A DNA stretch of 36,491 nt from IMG/VR virus record IMGVR_UViG_3300032303_002175, positions 1 to 36,491 of that record; one strand, given 5' to 3'. A model generated the notes under the pieces. The model made no database searches. It worked only from the letters and a program-made list of their open reading frames with translations, and was not told the origin of the DNA. Below are positions 8,954 through 16,734 of this stretch, one piece after another. The translations under genes and the position numbers were made by a program. Each line of letters opens with the position of its first letter. The first letter of the stretch is position 1. The DNA is from a virus. Taxonomy: Duplodnaviria; Caudoviricetes.

Positions 8954-8989
8954 AAGAAAAATAAATTATCTAATAAGAATAAAATAACT

Positions 8990-11900
8990 ATGGCTACTAA
9001 TAGTAAAGTTTTTGTATCACCTGGAGTTTATACATCAGAAGTTGACTTAAGTTTTGTGGCTCAAAGTGTCGGTGTTACCACATTAGGAATTGTGGGTGAA
9101 ACATTAATAGGACCAGCTTTTGAACCAATATTCATAACTAACTTCAATGAGTTTCAAACTGTCTTTGGTGGTACTTCACCCGAAAAATTTGTTAATACAC
9201 AGATCCCTAAATATGAAGCGTCTTATATCGCTAGAGCATATTTACAACAATCTAATCAACTTTTTGTAACTAGAATATTAGGATTGTCTGGTTATGACGC
9301 AGGACCATCTTGGTCGGTAGTAACTACTGCAAATGTTGATCCTACAACTGTAGGTATCTATTGTTTACAAGAAGTTCAAGATGTTAACACTTGTGACATT
9401 ATCTGTGCTGATCCTAAAGAATTACTATTCTTTGTTGATTTTTCAGGATGTACAAATGATACTGCATCTATTGTATATGAAAATCAATTCCCTGAAGAAA
9501 TACAAAATATCTTATTTACTCAATATGAAACACCAGATGGAGGTACCTCAACAATTGACGAACAAGTAAGAAATCTTATTTTTGATGTAATCACATCAAC
9601 AAATCCATTTGCCGCTGAAGATGATTACATTTCTTATTTTGGTTCTATACCAACAATAGATTATAATATATTAAGTGGAGCAGGTTTTAATTTAGAAACA
9701 AATGTATATCAAGTACCTTCAGTTTCTTTAGATGATACTGATCTAACTTCTTCATTGAATGACTCATGGTATTATTCACAATTCCAAAATATCGGAAATT
9801 ATGAGTACTCAGGTTTCTCATTCTTCAATTATGTGACAGGTCTTACTTTAAACCCTGTTACAACAACAACAACTTCAAGTACAACAACTACAACTACTAG
9901 CCCTTGTGTTACACCAACACCTACATCAACTACCACAACTACAACAGTACCTCCTGTAAATTGTTATTCAGGTACATTAGTTGGTAAAATTTATTACTAC
10001 ACAGGAACATCTTACTCTGACTATGACGATATCGTTGTTGGTACATTAAGATCAAGAGGTGTTGCAACTTACACAAATGCAACTAATCCTACATATTCAG
10101 TAACAGGTTTAACTGATGTTAACATCAATATGGCTGGACAGTACTCAACTGTTCTTAAAAATCCATTTGCAACTTTTGGAGTTAATGTTGTTGATAAGTT
10201 TGGTACTTCTTATAGTTTCGAAACTTCATTCACACAAAACGATCCTGAATATTGGACTAAAGTATTTGGTGTAACAAACTTCCAAAAACCTAGAATAGAA
10301 GTTCCTGTATTTGCAGAAGAAAACTTCCAATCTTGGTTGAACTACTCTTGGAAAAAAGGTTACATTAGAGGATTAAACCCTAACCTAATTAGATTAGACT
10401 CAGCGCAAAGTGGTGATTTAGATTCTATTGGTTGGTACTTAAATAAATGGCAGACCCCATCTTCACCGTTTGTTGTGTCAGAATTAAGAGGTAATAAAGT
10501 TTATGACCTATTCAGATTCTACACAATCTCTGATGGTGACGGAGCAAACACCTTACTTAAAATTTCAATTGTAAACCAAACTTGGTCAAACTTAACATTT
10601 GATATACTTGTTCGTGACTATTTCGATACAGATGCTAACCCTGTTGTTATTGAGAAATTCACAAACTGTACTATGGATCCGGGTCAAAACAACTACATCG
10701 CAAATAAAATCGGTACTTTAGACGGAGAATATATTTTGAACTCTAAATATATTATGGTAGAGATGTCGGAAGACGCTCCTATCGACGCATTACCTTGTGG
10801 TTTCAACGGATTCAACTTTAGAAATTATGCAGGAGCTCAATCTCCATTCCCAATTATCAAAGGTAAATATGATTTCCCTGGTGAAACAATATGGAATCCA
10901 CCATTTGCACTTTCTTCAGGAGCAATATCAAGTACATTAAGTTCAGGAGACAATGTTAGAAGAACATACTTAGGTATTTCTAATTCTTACGGGTGGGATC
11001 CAGCTTTCTTTGAGTATGTTGGTAAGAGAAACCCTAACAATACTTGTGACATTGATGGTATTGATTGGAACTACAGATCTGCAGGTTTCCACATGGATGT
11101 AAACGCAAGTGGATTAACAATCGGACCTGGATTCTCAACAGCAGGTGACCCAAGATTTATCTGTGGTAACTCACCTTTCATTACTGAACCTGAATTACCT
11201 ACAAACGCATACTACAGATTATTCGCTCGTAAATTTACATTATTAGTACAAGGTGGATTTGACGGATGGGATATCTATAGAGAATGGAGAACTAACGAAG
11301 ATAGATTCCAAATTGGTAGATCAGGATTCCTTAACGGAGCTTGTCCATCAACAAGATATCCAAACGCAATTGGTTGGGGGGCATTTAAAGAGATTTCTTT
11401 AGGCGACGGTACTCAAGACTTCGCAAACACTGACTACTATGCATACTTATTAGGTCAACAAACATTCGCAAACCCTGAAGCGACAAACATTAATGTATTT
11501 GTTACTCCAGGTATCGACTATGTAAGTAACAGTAATCTTGTTGAAGATGCGGTTGAGATGATCGAGTTTAATAGAGCGGATTCACTTTATGTGTGTACAA
11601 CTCCTGATATCGACTTGTTTGTTTCAACGACAACAGGTGGTGACTTCTTTATCTACCCAACTGAAGCGGTTGATAACTTAGATAACACAGGAATCGACTC
11701 TAACTATACGGCAACTTACTACCCGTGGGTATTGACAAGAGATAGTGTAAACAACACTCAAATCTATATTCCACCAACGGCTGAGGTAACAAGAAACTTA
11801 GCGTTGACAGATAACATCGCGTTCCCTTGGTTCGCAGCGGCGGGTTACACTCGTGGTATTGTTAACTGTATCAAGGCTCGTAAGAAGTTAACACAAGAAG

Positions 11901-12319
11901 ACAGAGACATCCTTTATGTTGGTAGAATTAACCCAATTGCAACCTTCTCTGATGTAGGTACGGTAATTTGGGGTAACAAAACTCTACAAGTAAGAGAATC
12001 TGCTCTTGACAGAATCAATGTAAGAAGATTGTTATTACAAGCTCGTAAGTTGATTTCAGCTGTGTCAGTAAGATTGTTGTTCGAACAAAACGACGCACAA
12101 GTAAGACAAGACTTCTTAAATGCGGTTAACCCAATCTTAGATTCAATCAGAAGAGACCGTGGTTTATATGACTTCCGTGTAACAGTTTCATCAGATCCTG
12201 AGGATATCGATAGAAATCAAATGACAGGTAAGATATACATTAAACCTACAAGATCTCTTGAATTCATCGACATTACATTCTACATCACTCCAACAGGTGC
12301 ATCGTTTGAGAATATTTAA
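8990..12319 (+). CDS. contractile tail sheath protein
   Basis: N-terminal VSPGVYTSEVDLS; C-terminal DSNYTATYYPW, PWFAAAGYTRG, INPIATF...WGNKTL...DRINVRRLL and IYIKPTRSLEFI. Confidence 0.95.
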   Translation: MATNSKVFVSPGVYTSEVDLSFVAQSVGVTTLGIVGETLIGPAFEPIFITNFNEFQTVFGGTSPEKFVNTQIPKYEASYIARAYLQQSNQLFVTRILGLSGYDAGPSWSVVTTANVDPTTVGIYCLQEVQDVNTCDIICADPKELLFFVDFSGCTNDTASIVYENQFPEEIQNILFTQYETPDGGTSTIDEQVRNLIFDVITSTNPFAAEDDYISYFGSIPTIDYNILSGAGFNLETNVYQVPSVSLDDTDLTSSLNDSWYYSQFQNIGNYEYSGFSFFNYVTGLTLNPVTTTTTSSTTTTTTSPCVTPTPTSTTTTTTVPPVNCYSGTLVGKIYYYTGTSYSDYDDIVVGTLRSRGVATYTNATNPTYSVTGLTDVNINMAGQYSTVLKNPFATFGVNVVDKFGTSYSFETSFTQNDPEYWTKVFGVTNFQKPRIEVPVFAEENFQSWLNYSWKKGYIRGLNPNLIRLDSAQSGDLDSIGWYLNKWQTPSSPFVVSELRGNKVYDLFRFYTISDGDGANTLLKISIVNQTWSNLTFDILVRDYFDTDANPVVIEKFTNCTMDPGQNNYIANKIGTLDGEYILNSKYIMVEMSEDAPIDALPCGFNGFNFRNYAGAQSPFPIIKGKYDFPGETIWNPPFALSSGAISSTLSSGDNVRRTYLGISNSYGWDPAFFEYVGKRNPNNTCDIDGIDWNYRSAGFHMDVNASGLTIGPGFSTAGDPRFICGNSPFITEPELPTNAYYRLFARKFTLLVQGGFDGWDIYREWRTNEDRFQIGRSGFLNGACPSTRYPNAIGWGAFKEISLGDGTQDFANTDYYAYLLGQQTFANPEATNINVFVTPGIDYVSNSNLVEDAVEMIEFNRADSLYVCTTPDIDLFVSTTTGGDFFIYPTEAVDNLDNTGIDSNYTATYYPWVLTRDSVNNTQIYIPPTAEVTRNLALTDNIAFPWFAAAGYTRGIVNCIKARKKLTQEDRDILYVGRINPIATFSDVGTVIWGNKTLQVRESALDRINVRRLLLQARKLISAVSVRLLFEQNDAQVRQDFLNAVNPILDSIRRDRGLYDFRVTVSSDPEDIDRNQMTGKIYIKPTRSLEFIDITFYITPTGASFENI

Positions 12320-12338
12320 TGTGGTTAATAAACAAAAG

Positions 12339-12365
12339 AAGGGGGACATTAGTTCCCCTTTTTTT
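12339..12365 (+). terminator. rho-independent terminator after the sheath gene
   Basis: AAGGGGGA...TTCCCCTT stem (one G-U pair) followed by a T run. Confidence 0.75.
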
Positions 12366-12375
12366 GTTTAATAGA

Positions 12376-12382
12376 TATTTAT
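12376..12382 (+). promoter_or_regulatory. TATTTAT motif (HAD gene)
   Basis: Lies between the sheath terminator and the ATG at 12387. Confidence 0.55.
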
Positions 12383-12386
12383 TTAT

Positions 12387-13214
12387 ATGAATTACAAAAA
12401 AATTGTTAGAGAATTAATTACAGAGATAATTCAAGATCAGTTAAAACCTACAATGAAATATTATGCATTTGACTGGGATGATAATCTTATGTATATGCCA
12501 ACTAAAATTTATTTAAAAGATGAAGACGGTAATAGTGTTGGTATGTCAACAGAAGATTTTGCAGAATATAGAAGTGAAATCGGTAAGGAACCTTTTGAAT
12601 ATGAAGGACACACAATAGTTGGTTTTGATGAAGAAGCGTTTAGAGACTTTAGAGTAACGGGAGATAAAAAGTTTTTAGTTGACGCTATGAAAGCTCCTAC
12701 AGGACCTGCTTGGGACGACTTTGTTGAGGCGGTTAATAATGGTTCTATATTTGCGATAGTTACCGCGAGAGGTCATACCCCAAGTATTTTAAAGAATAGT
12801 GTGTACAATCTTATTAAGAAAAACAAACATGGTTTAAACGAAAAAGAGTTGGTCAAAAATTTAAGAAAGTATAGAGATATTGCTGATGAGGAGGATATGA
12901 GTGATGACGAACTTTTAAGAACTTATTTAGAGATGTGTAAGTGGCACCCTGTGTCTTTTGGTGAGGGTTCAGCCGCAAATCCTGAAGAACTTAAGGTAAG
13001 TGCTATGAAACAATATATGGAGTATGTAAGAAACCTATCTCAAAGACTTCAAGAAAAGGCATATATGAAAAACAAGATAAGTAATTATTTTACACCATTT
13101 ATTGGTTTTTCTGATGATGACTTAAAGAATATAGAAACAATGAAAAAACATTTTGATGATGAAAGTGGATTAGATATTTATCATACTGGAGGAGGAAAGA
13201 AAACTAAATTCTAG
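12387..13214 (+). CDS. HAD-superfamily phosphatase-like protein
   Basis: Motif I FDWDDNL (DxD), motif II IVTARG, a Lys (ELKV) and motif IV GFSDDD. Confidence 0.75.
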   Translation: MNYKKIVRELITEIIQDQLKPTMKYYAFDWDDNLMYMPTKIYLKDEDGNSVGMSTEDFAEYRSEIGKEPFEYEGHTIVGFDEEAFRDFRVTGDKKFLVDAMKAPTGPAWDDFVEAVNNGSIFAIVTARGHTPSILKNSVYNLIKKNKHGLNEKELVKNLRKYRDIADEEDMSDDELLRTYLEMCKWHPVSFGEGSAANPEELKVSAMKQYMEYVRNLSQRLQEKAYMKNKISNYFTPFIGFSDDDLKNIETMKKHFDDESGLDIYHTGGGKKTKF

Positions 13215-13285
13215 TTTAAAACTGGTCTAGTTAAGATATAAATTGAAAAATTATTGAAGTAAATAGAAAAATTTTTATTTCATAG

Positions 13286-13292
13286 TATTTAT
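13286..13292 (+). promoter_or_regulatory. TATTTAT motif (tube gene)
   Basis: GTATTTATAA upstream of the ATG at 13326. Confidence 0.6.
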
Positions 13293-13325
13293 AATAAAAA
13301 TAAAACAAATTTAAAAAAATAAGAT

Positions 13326-13814
13326 ATGGCTGATTTATTGATGAAAATGCCGATCCCTTACGAACCGAAAAGGGAGAACCGATGGATTTTAAGGTTTCCA
13401 TCATCACTTGGTATTAATGAGTGGTATGTAGAAACTACCTCAAGACCAAAACTTACAATTGCGGCAACAGAGATTCAGTTCTTGAATACTTCAACATATG
13501 TTGCAGGTAGATTTACTTGGGGTGAACTCCCTGTTACCTTCCGTGACCCAATTGGACCTTCAGCGTCACAAGCGGTAATGGAATGGATTCGTCTATGTGC
13601 TGAGTCAGTTACAGGTCGTATGGGTTATGCTGCGGGTTACAAAAAGAATGTTGACCTTGAGATGTTAGACCCAACAGGAGTTGTTGTTGAGAAATGGATT
13701 TTAGAAGGTACCTTCTTAACAGGATACGATGGAGGATCTTTATCTTATTCAACTGATGGTATTGCTAAAATTACAGCAAACATGAGAATGGACCGTTGTA
13801 TATTAGTTTACTAA
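13326..13814 (+). CDS. tail tube protein (T4 gp19-like)
   Basis: EPKRENRWILRF, AGRFTWGELPVTFRDPI, GYKKNVDLEMLDPTGVVVEKWILEG and LSY are typical tube motifs; 162 aa, downstream of the sheath. Confidence 0.9.
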   Translation: MADLLMKMPIPYEPKRENRWILRFPSSLGINEWYVETTSRPKLTIAATEIQFLNTSTYVAGRFTWGELPVTFRDPIGPSASQAVMEWIRLCAESVTGRMGYAAGYKKNVDLEMLDPTGVVVEKWILEGTFLTGYDGGSLSYSTDGIAKITANMRMDRCILVY

Positions 13815-13834
13815 GAAAAATTAAAACATATATT

Positions 13835-13870
13835 AAAGACCTATTTACTTTACTAGTGATAGGTCTTTTC
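13835..13870 (+). terminator. hairpin / terminator after the tube gene
   Basis: AAAGACCTAT (13835-13844) and ATAGGTCTTT (13859-13868) form an inverted repeat followed by a T-rich tract. Confidence 0.65.
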
Positions 13871-13898
13871 TATTTTTATACAAAAAGAACTTTATATT

Positions 13899-14669
13899 AT
13901 GGAACAAGATGTTTATCAGGCAGGACAAGCCGAATTTAATTTACCACACGATGTTATACAACTACCTAGTAAGGGTTTGTTTTATAAATCAAAAAAGAAA
14001 ACAATTAAAGTTGGTTACTTAACCGCTGCTGATGAAAACATCATTGCAAATGCAGACGCCAAAAAAAGTATTCAAGAAAGTATCATAGTACCATTACTTC
14101 GTAGTAAAATTTATGAAAGAGATTTAAGACCTGAAGAAATGGTTGATGGTGATATTGAGGCAACATTAATATTTTTAAGAAATACATCATTTGGTCCTGA
14201 ATACACAATGACCTCAATAGATCCCGCAACTGATGAAAGATTTAAAACAACGATATTATTAGATGAATTAAATTACAAAAAAACTCAAGTTGAACCTGAT
14301 GAAGATGGATTATTCACTACAAAGTTGCCTGTATCAGGAAAAACAGTTAAACTAAAACTTTTGAATCTAAAGGATAAACTGGAAATTGATCAGTTGATTG
14401 ACAGTTATCCTTCTGAAAGAACTGCACCTGTTATTACAACAAGATTAAACAAACAAATAGTAGCACTTAATGGTGACACCGATAGAAACAAAATTGCAAC
14501 TTTCATAGAACAAATGCCTATTGGTGATTCAAAATACATCAGAAGGTTTATGTTAGATAATGAACCTAGATTAGATCTTAAAAAAGAAGTAATAGCCCCA
14601 TCAGGAGAAAAAGTAATGATTGATATTACTTTTGGGGTGGAGTTTTTTCGGCCTTTCTTATCAGTATAA
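13899..14669 (+). CDS. tail assembly chaperone / baseplate hub assembly protein (T4 gp26-like)
   Basis: LPSKGLFY, VGYLTAADENII, GDIEATLIFLRNTSFGPEY, LPVSGKTVKLKLL and C-terminal GVEFFRP; sits between the tube and tape measure genes. Confidence 0.75.
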   Translation: MEQDVYQAGQAEFNLPHDVIQLPSKGLFYKSKKKTIKVGYLTAADENIIANADAKKSIQESIIVPLLRSKIYERDLRPEEMVDGDIEATLIFLRNTSFGPEYTMTSIDPATDERFKTTILLDELNYKKTQVEPDEDGLFTTKLPVSGKTVKLKLLNLKDKLEIDQLIDSYPSERTAPVITTRLNKQIVALNGDTDRNKIATFIEQMPIGDSKYIRRFMLDNEPRLDLKKEVIAPSGEKVMIDITFGVEFFRPFLSV

Positions 14670-14805
14670 GTCAGTCATATTAGACGAATTTTACTACTTT
14701 TCAAGAATTTTTAGAACACAGTATTCTGAGTTCATGTCAATGCCTACATATGTGAGAAGATATCTTATGGATAAGTATGTGGAGGATTCCAAAAAGAATA
14801 AATAA
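14620..14805 (+). CDS. second tail chaperone ORF (T4 gp51-like), probably expressed by a +1 frameshift from the upstream gene
   Basis: LDEFYYFSRIFRTQYSEFMSMPTYVRRYLMDKY resembles the gp51/gpT-type helical motif. It overlaps the upstream ORF in the +1 frame at GAG TTT TTT CGG. Confidence 0.65.
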   Translation: MILLLGWSFFGLSYQYKSVILDEFYYFSRIFRTQYSEFMSMPTYVRRYLMDKYVEDSKKNK

Positions 14806-14807
14806 AG

Positions 14808-14814
14808 TATTTAT
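14808..14814 (+). promoter_or_regulatory. TATTTAT motif (tape measure gene)
   Basis: Lies in the 24-nt gap before the ATG at 14830. Confidence 0.6.
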
Positions 14815-14829
14815 TAGGAAAAGTCAAAC

Positions 14830-16680
14830 ATGGGATTAGAAGACGATTTGGATAAAAAAACCAATAAAGAACTCAAAGAAATGGTCTCTGAGTTGAATAA
14901 AAGGGTAAAAAATTTAGAAAGCTCAAACACAAAAAAAAATTTAACCTCAACTAGTGGGACAGATGAATCGAGTAGTGAGGTCAGCGCTTTTTCTTTAGAC
15001 CCTACGAAACAACTTGGAAATTTAAAAACACAGTTTGATAATGCAATAAATGGGTTTTTTAGTAGTGCTAACATTTTTGACGACACGGTATTTAAACAAT
15101 TAGATCAATATTCAACACAGATCCAATCAAGTTTTGGTTTATCTAAAGCAAGGATATCAGAGTTCAGGAGCACCATAGCTGAAACTGCACCTGAACTTCT
15201 CAAATTTGGATACGATGAGGCAGATGCAGTGGTCTTGATGGAAGACGCAATGAAAGGTCTTGGAACAGCAGCAAGTTTGAGTTCTAAAACCCTAATCCAA
15301 CTAGGTGCCACAAGTAAAGTTACTGGAGTAGATGTAAGTGAACTAGCGGCCAACTTTAGAGAAGTAGGTATATCCGTACAAGGTGTTGGTAAAGAAATGG
15401 AAGATGTTACTGACTATGCAAGAAGTGTAGGGGTTTCGGTAAAAGGGGTTGCTGATAAAGTATCGGACAATTTGAAACAGATGAACTTGTACAACTTTGA
15501 AGGAGGGGTACAAGGGTTAGCCAAAATGGCAGCAACTTCAGAAAGATTGGGAGTTTCAATGAGTGATGTTTTTGACTTGGCCGAAAATCTAATGTCTCCT
15601 GAAAAGGCTATCGATATGTCCGCAGCATTACAAAGGTTAGGAGTGACTTCAGGAGCCTTACTAGATCCATTACGAGCTATGGACTTGGCACAAAACGATC
15701 CTGAACAACTACAGAAAGAAATGGTAAACTTAAGTAAAGAGTTTACAACTTTTAACGAGAAAACAGGAAAGATGGAAATTTTACCTGGTGCAAAAAGAAG
15801 ATTAAGGGAAGTCGCAACCGAATTAGGAATGAACGCTGATGAGTTTGCAAAAATGTCAATTCAGGCGAGTGATTTTGATAGAAAATTAAAACAAATTAGA
15901 ATGCCCGCACTTGCGGAAGGTGATGAAGCCACTAAAGAATTAATTGCATCAATGGCACAATTAGATGCGAGTGGTGTTGCTACAATACAAGTTAAAGATG
16001 TTGAAACAGGAATAGTCTCTGAGAAAAAAGTTGAGGAACTTACACCGGACGATATTAAAAATTTACAAAAGGCTAATGAGGAATCTTCTAAGTCAATTGA
16101 AGAAATTGCTATTAATCAATTGGATGAAACAAAACAAATTAATGCTTACTTACAAAGTGGTAAAATAGCAGGTAAAATGGCATTGGCAACAGCACCTACC
16201 GTTGAAAAATTGGGTTATTTTGTTTCCGAATCAACTAAATCAATGGCAAAAAGATATCGTGAAGGAGTTGGTAGTGTTGCGGGTATAAGAGAAAAACAAG
16301 AAGGTGTTGCAGGACCAATTGAAGATTATATATACGGATTTACTCAAGAGGATCAAGCAATTATGAATAAAGCAAAAAGTGACTTTTTGTCTGGTATTGA
16401 TAATGTAACAAAGTCTTTTTTTGAAGGAACAACAGTATATGTAAAAAATGTTTTCAACGACGCTATTACAAATGTATCAAGTACTTTTGGTCGTCAAAAG
16501 AACACTGAGGTAGTACATAAACACGAAGGTACACTTACTTTAAAAGGAGAAGGTAATGTAAACGGTGTCACACAAAGGAATATTAACGATTTGTTATCTG
16601 ACCCAAGTAACGCAAGTCAAACTAATTTCTTGTTGAATGGTGGGTCTGCACCAAGTGCGGCAACAGGTAAGAAAAATTAG
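14830..16680 (+). CDS. tape measure protein
   Basis: Helical Ala/Leu/Glu/Lys-rich 616-aa protein (GLAKMAATSERLGVSM, AIDMSAALQRLG, LREVATELGM) in the canonical position after the chaperones. Confidence 0.75.
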   Translation: MGLEDDLDKKTNKELKEMVSELNKRVKNLESSNTKKNLTSTSGTDESSSEVSAFSLDPTKQLGNLKTQFDNAINGFFSSANIFDDTVFKQLDQYSTQIQSSFGLSKARISEFRSTIAETAPELLKFGYDEADAVVLMEDAMKGLGTAASLSSKTLIQLGATSKVTGVDVSELAANFREVGISVQGVGKEMEDVTDYARSVGVSVKGVADKVSDNLKQMNLYNFEGGVQGLAKMAATSERLGVSMSDVFDLAENLMSPEKAIDMSAALQRLGVTSGALLDPLRAMDLAQNDPEQLQKEMVNLSKEFTTFNEKTGKMEILPGAKRRLREVATELGMNADEFAKMSIQASDFDRKLKQIRMPALAEGDEATKELIASMAQLDASGVATIQVKDVETGIVSEKKVEELTPDDIKNLQKANEESSKSIEEIAINQLDETKQINAYLQSGKIAGKMALATAPTVEKLGYFVSESTKSMAKRYREGVGSVAGIREKQEGVAGPIEDYIYGFTQEDQAIMNKAKSDFLSGIDNVTKSFFEGTTVYVKNVFNDAITNVSSTFGRQKNTEVVHKHEGTLTLKGEGNVNGVTQRNINDLLSDPSNASQTNFLLNGGSAPSAATGKKN

Positions 16681-16715
16681 TAGGTATACACTCCTCAAAA
16701 AAAATATATAATATC

Positions 16716-16722
16716 TATTTAT
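16716..16722 (+). promoter_or_regulatory. TATTTAT motif (baseplate operon)
   Basis: 12 nt before the ATG at 16735. Confidence 0.6.
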
Positions 16723-16734
16723 AGAATAAAAAGT

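Noticed and set aside
9860-9955. ACA microsatellite acting as a phase-variation switch
   Set aside because: It is an in-frame triplet tract with mixed codons, so it cannot shift the frame; it is treated as protein low complexity instead.
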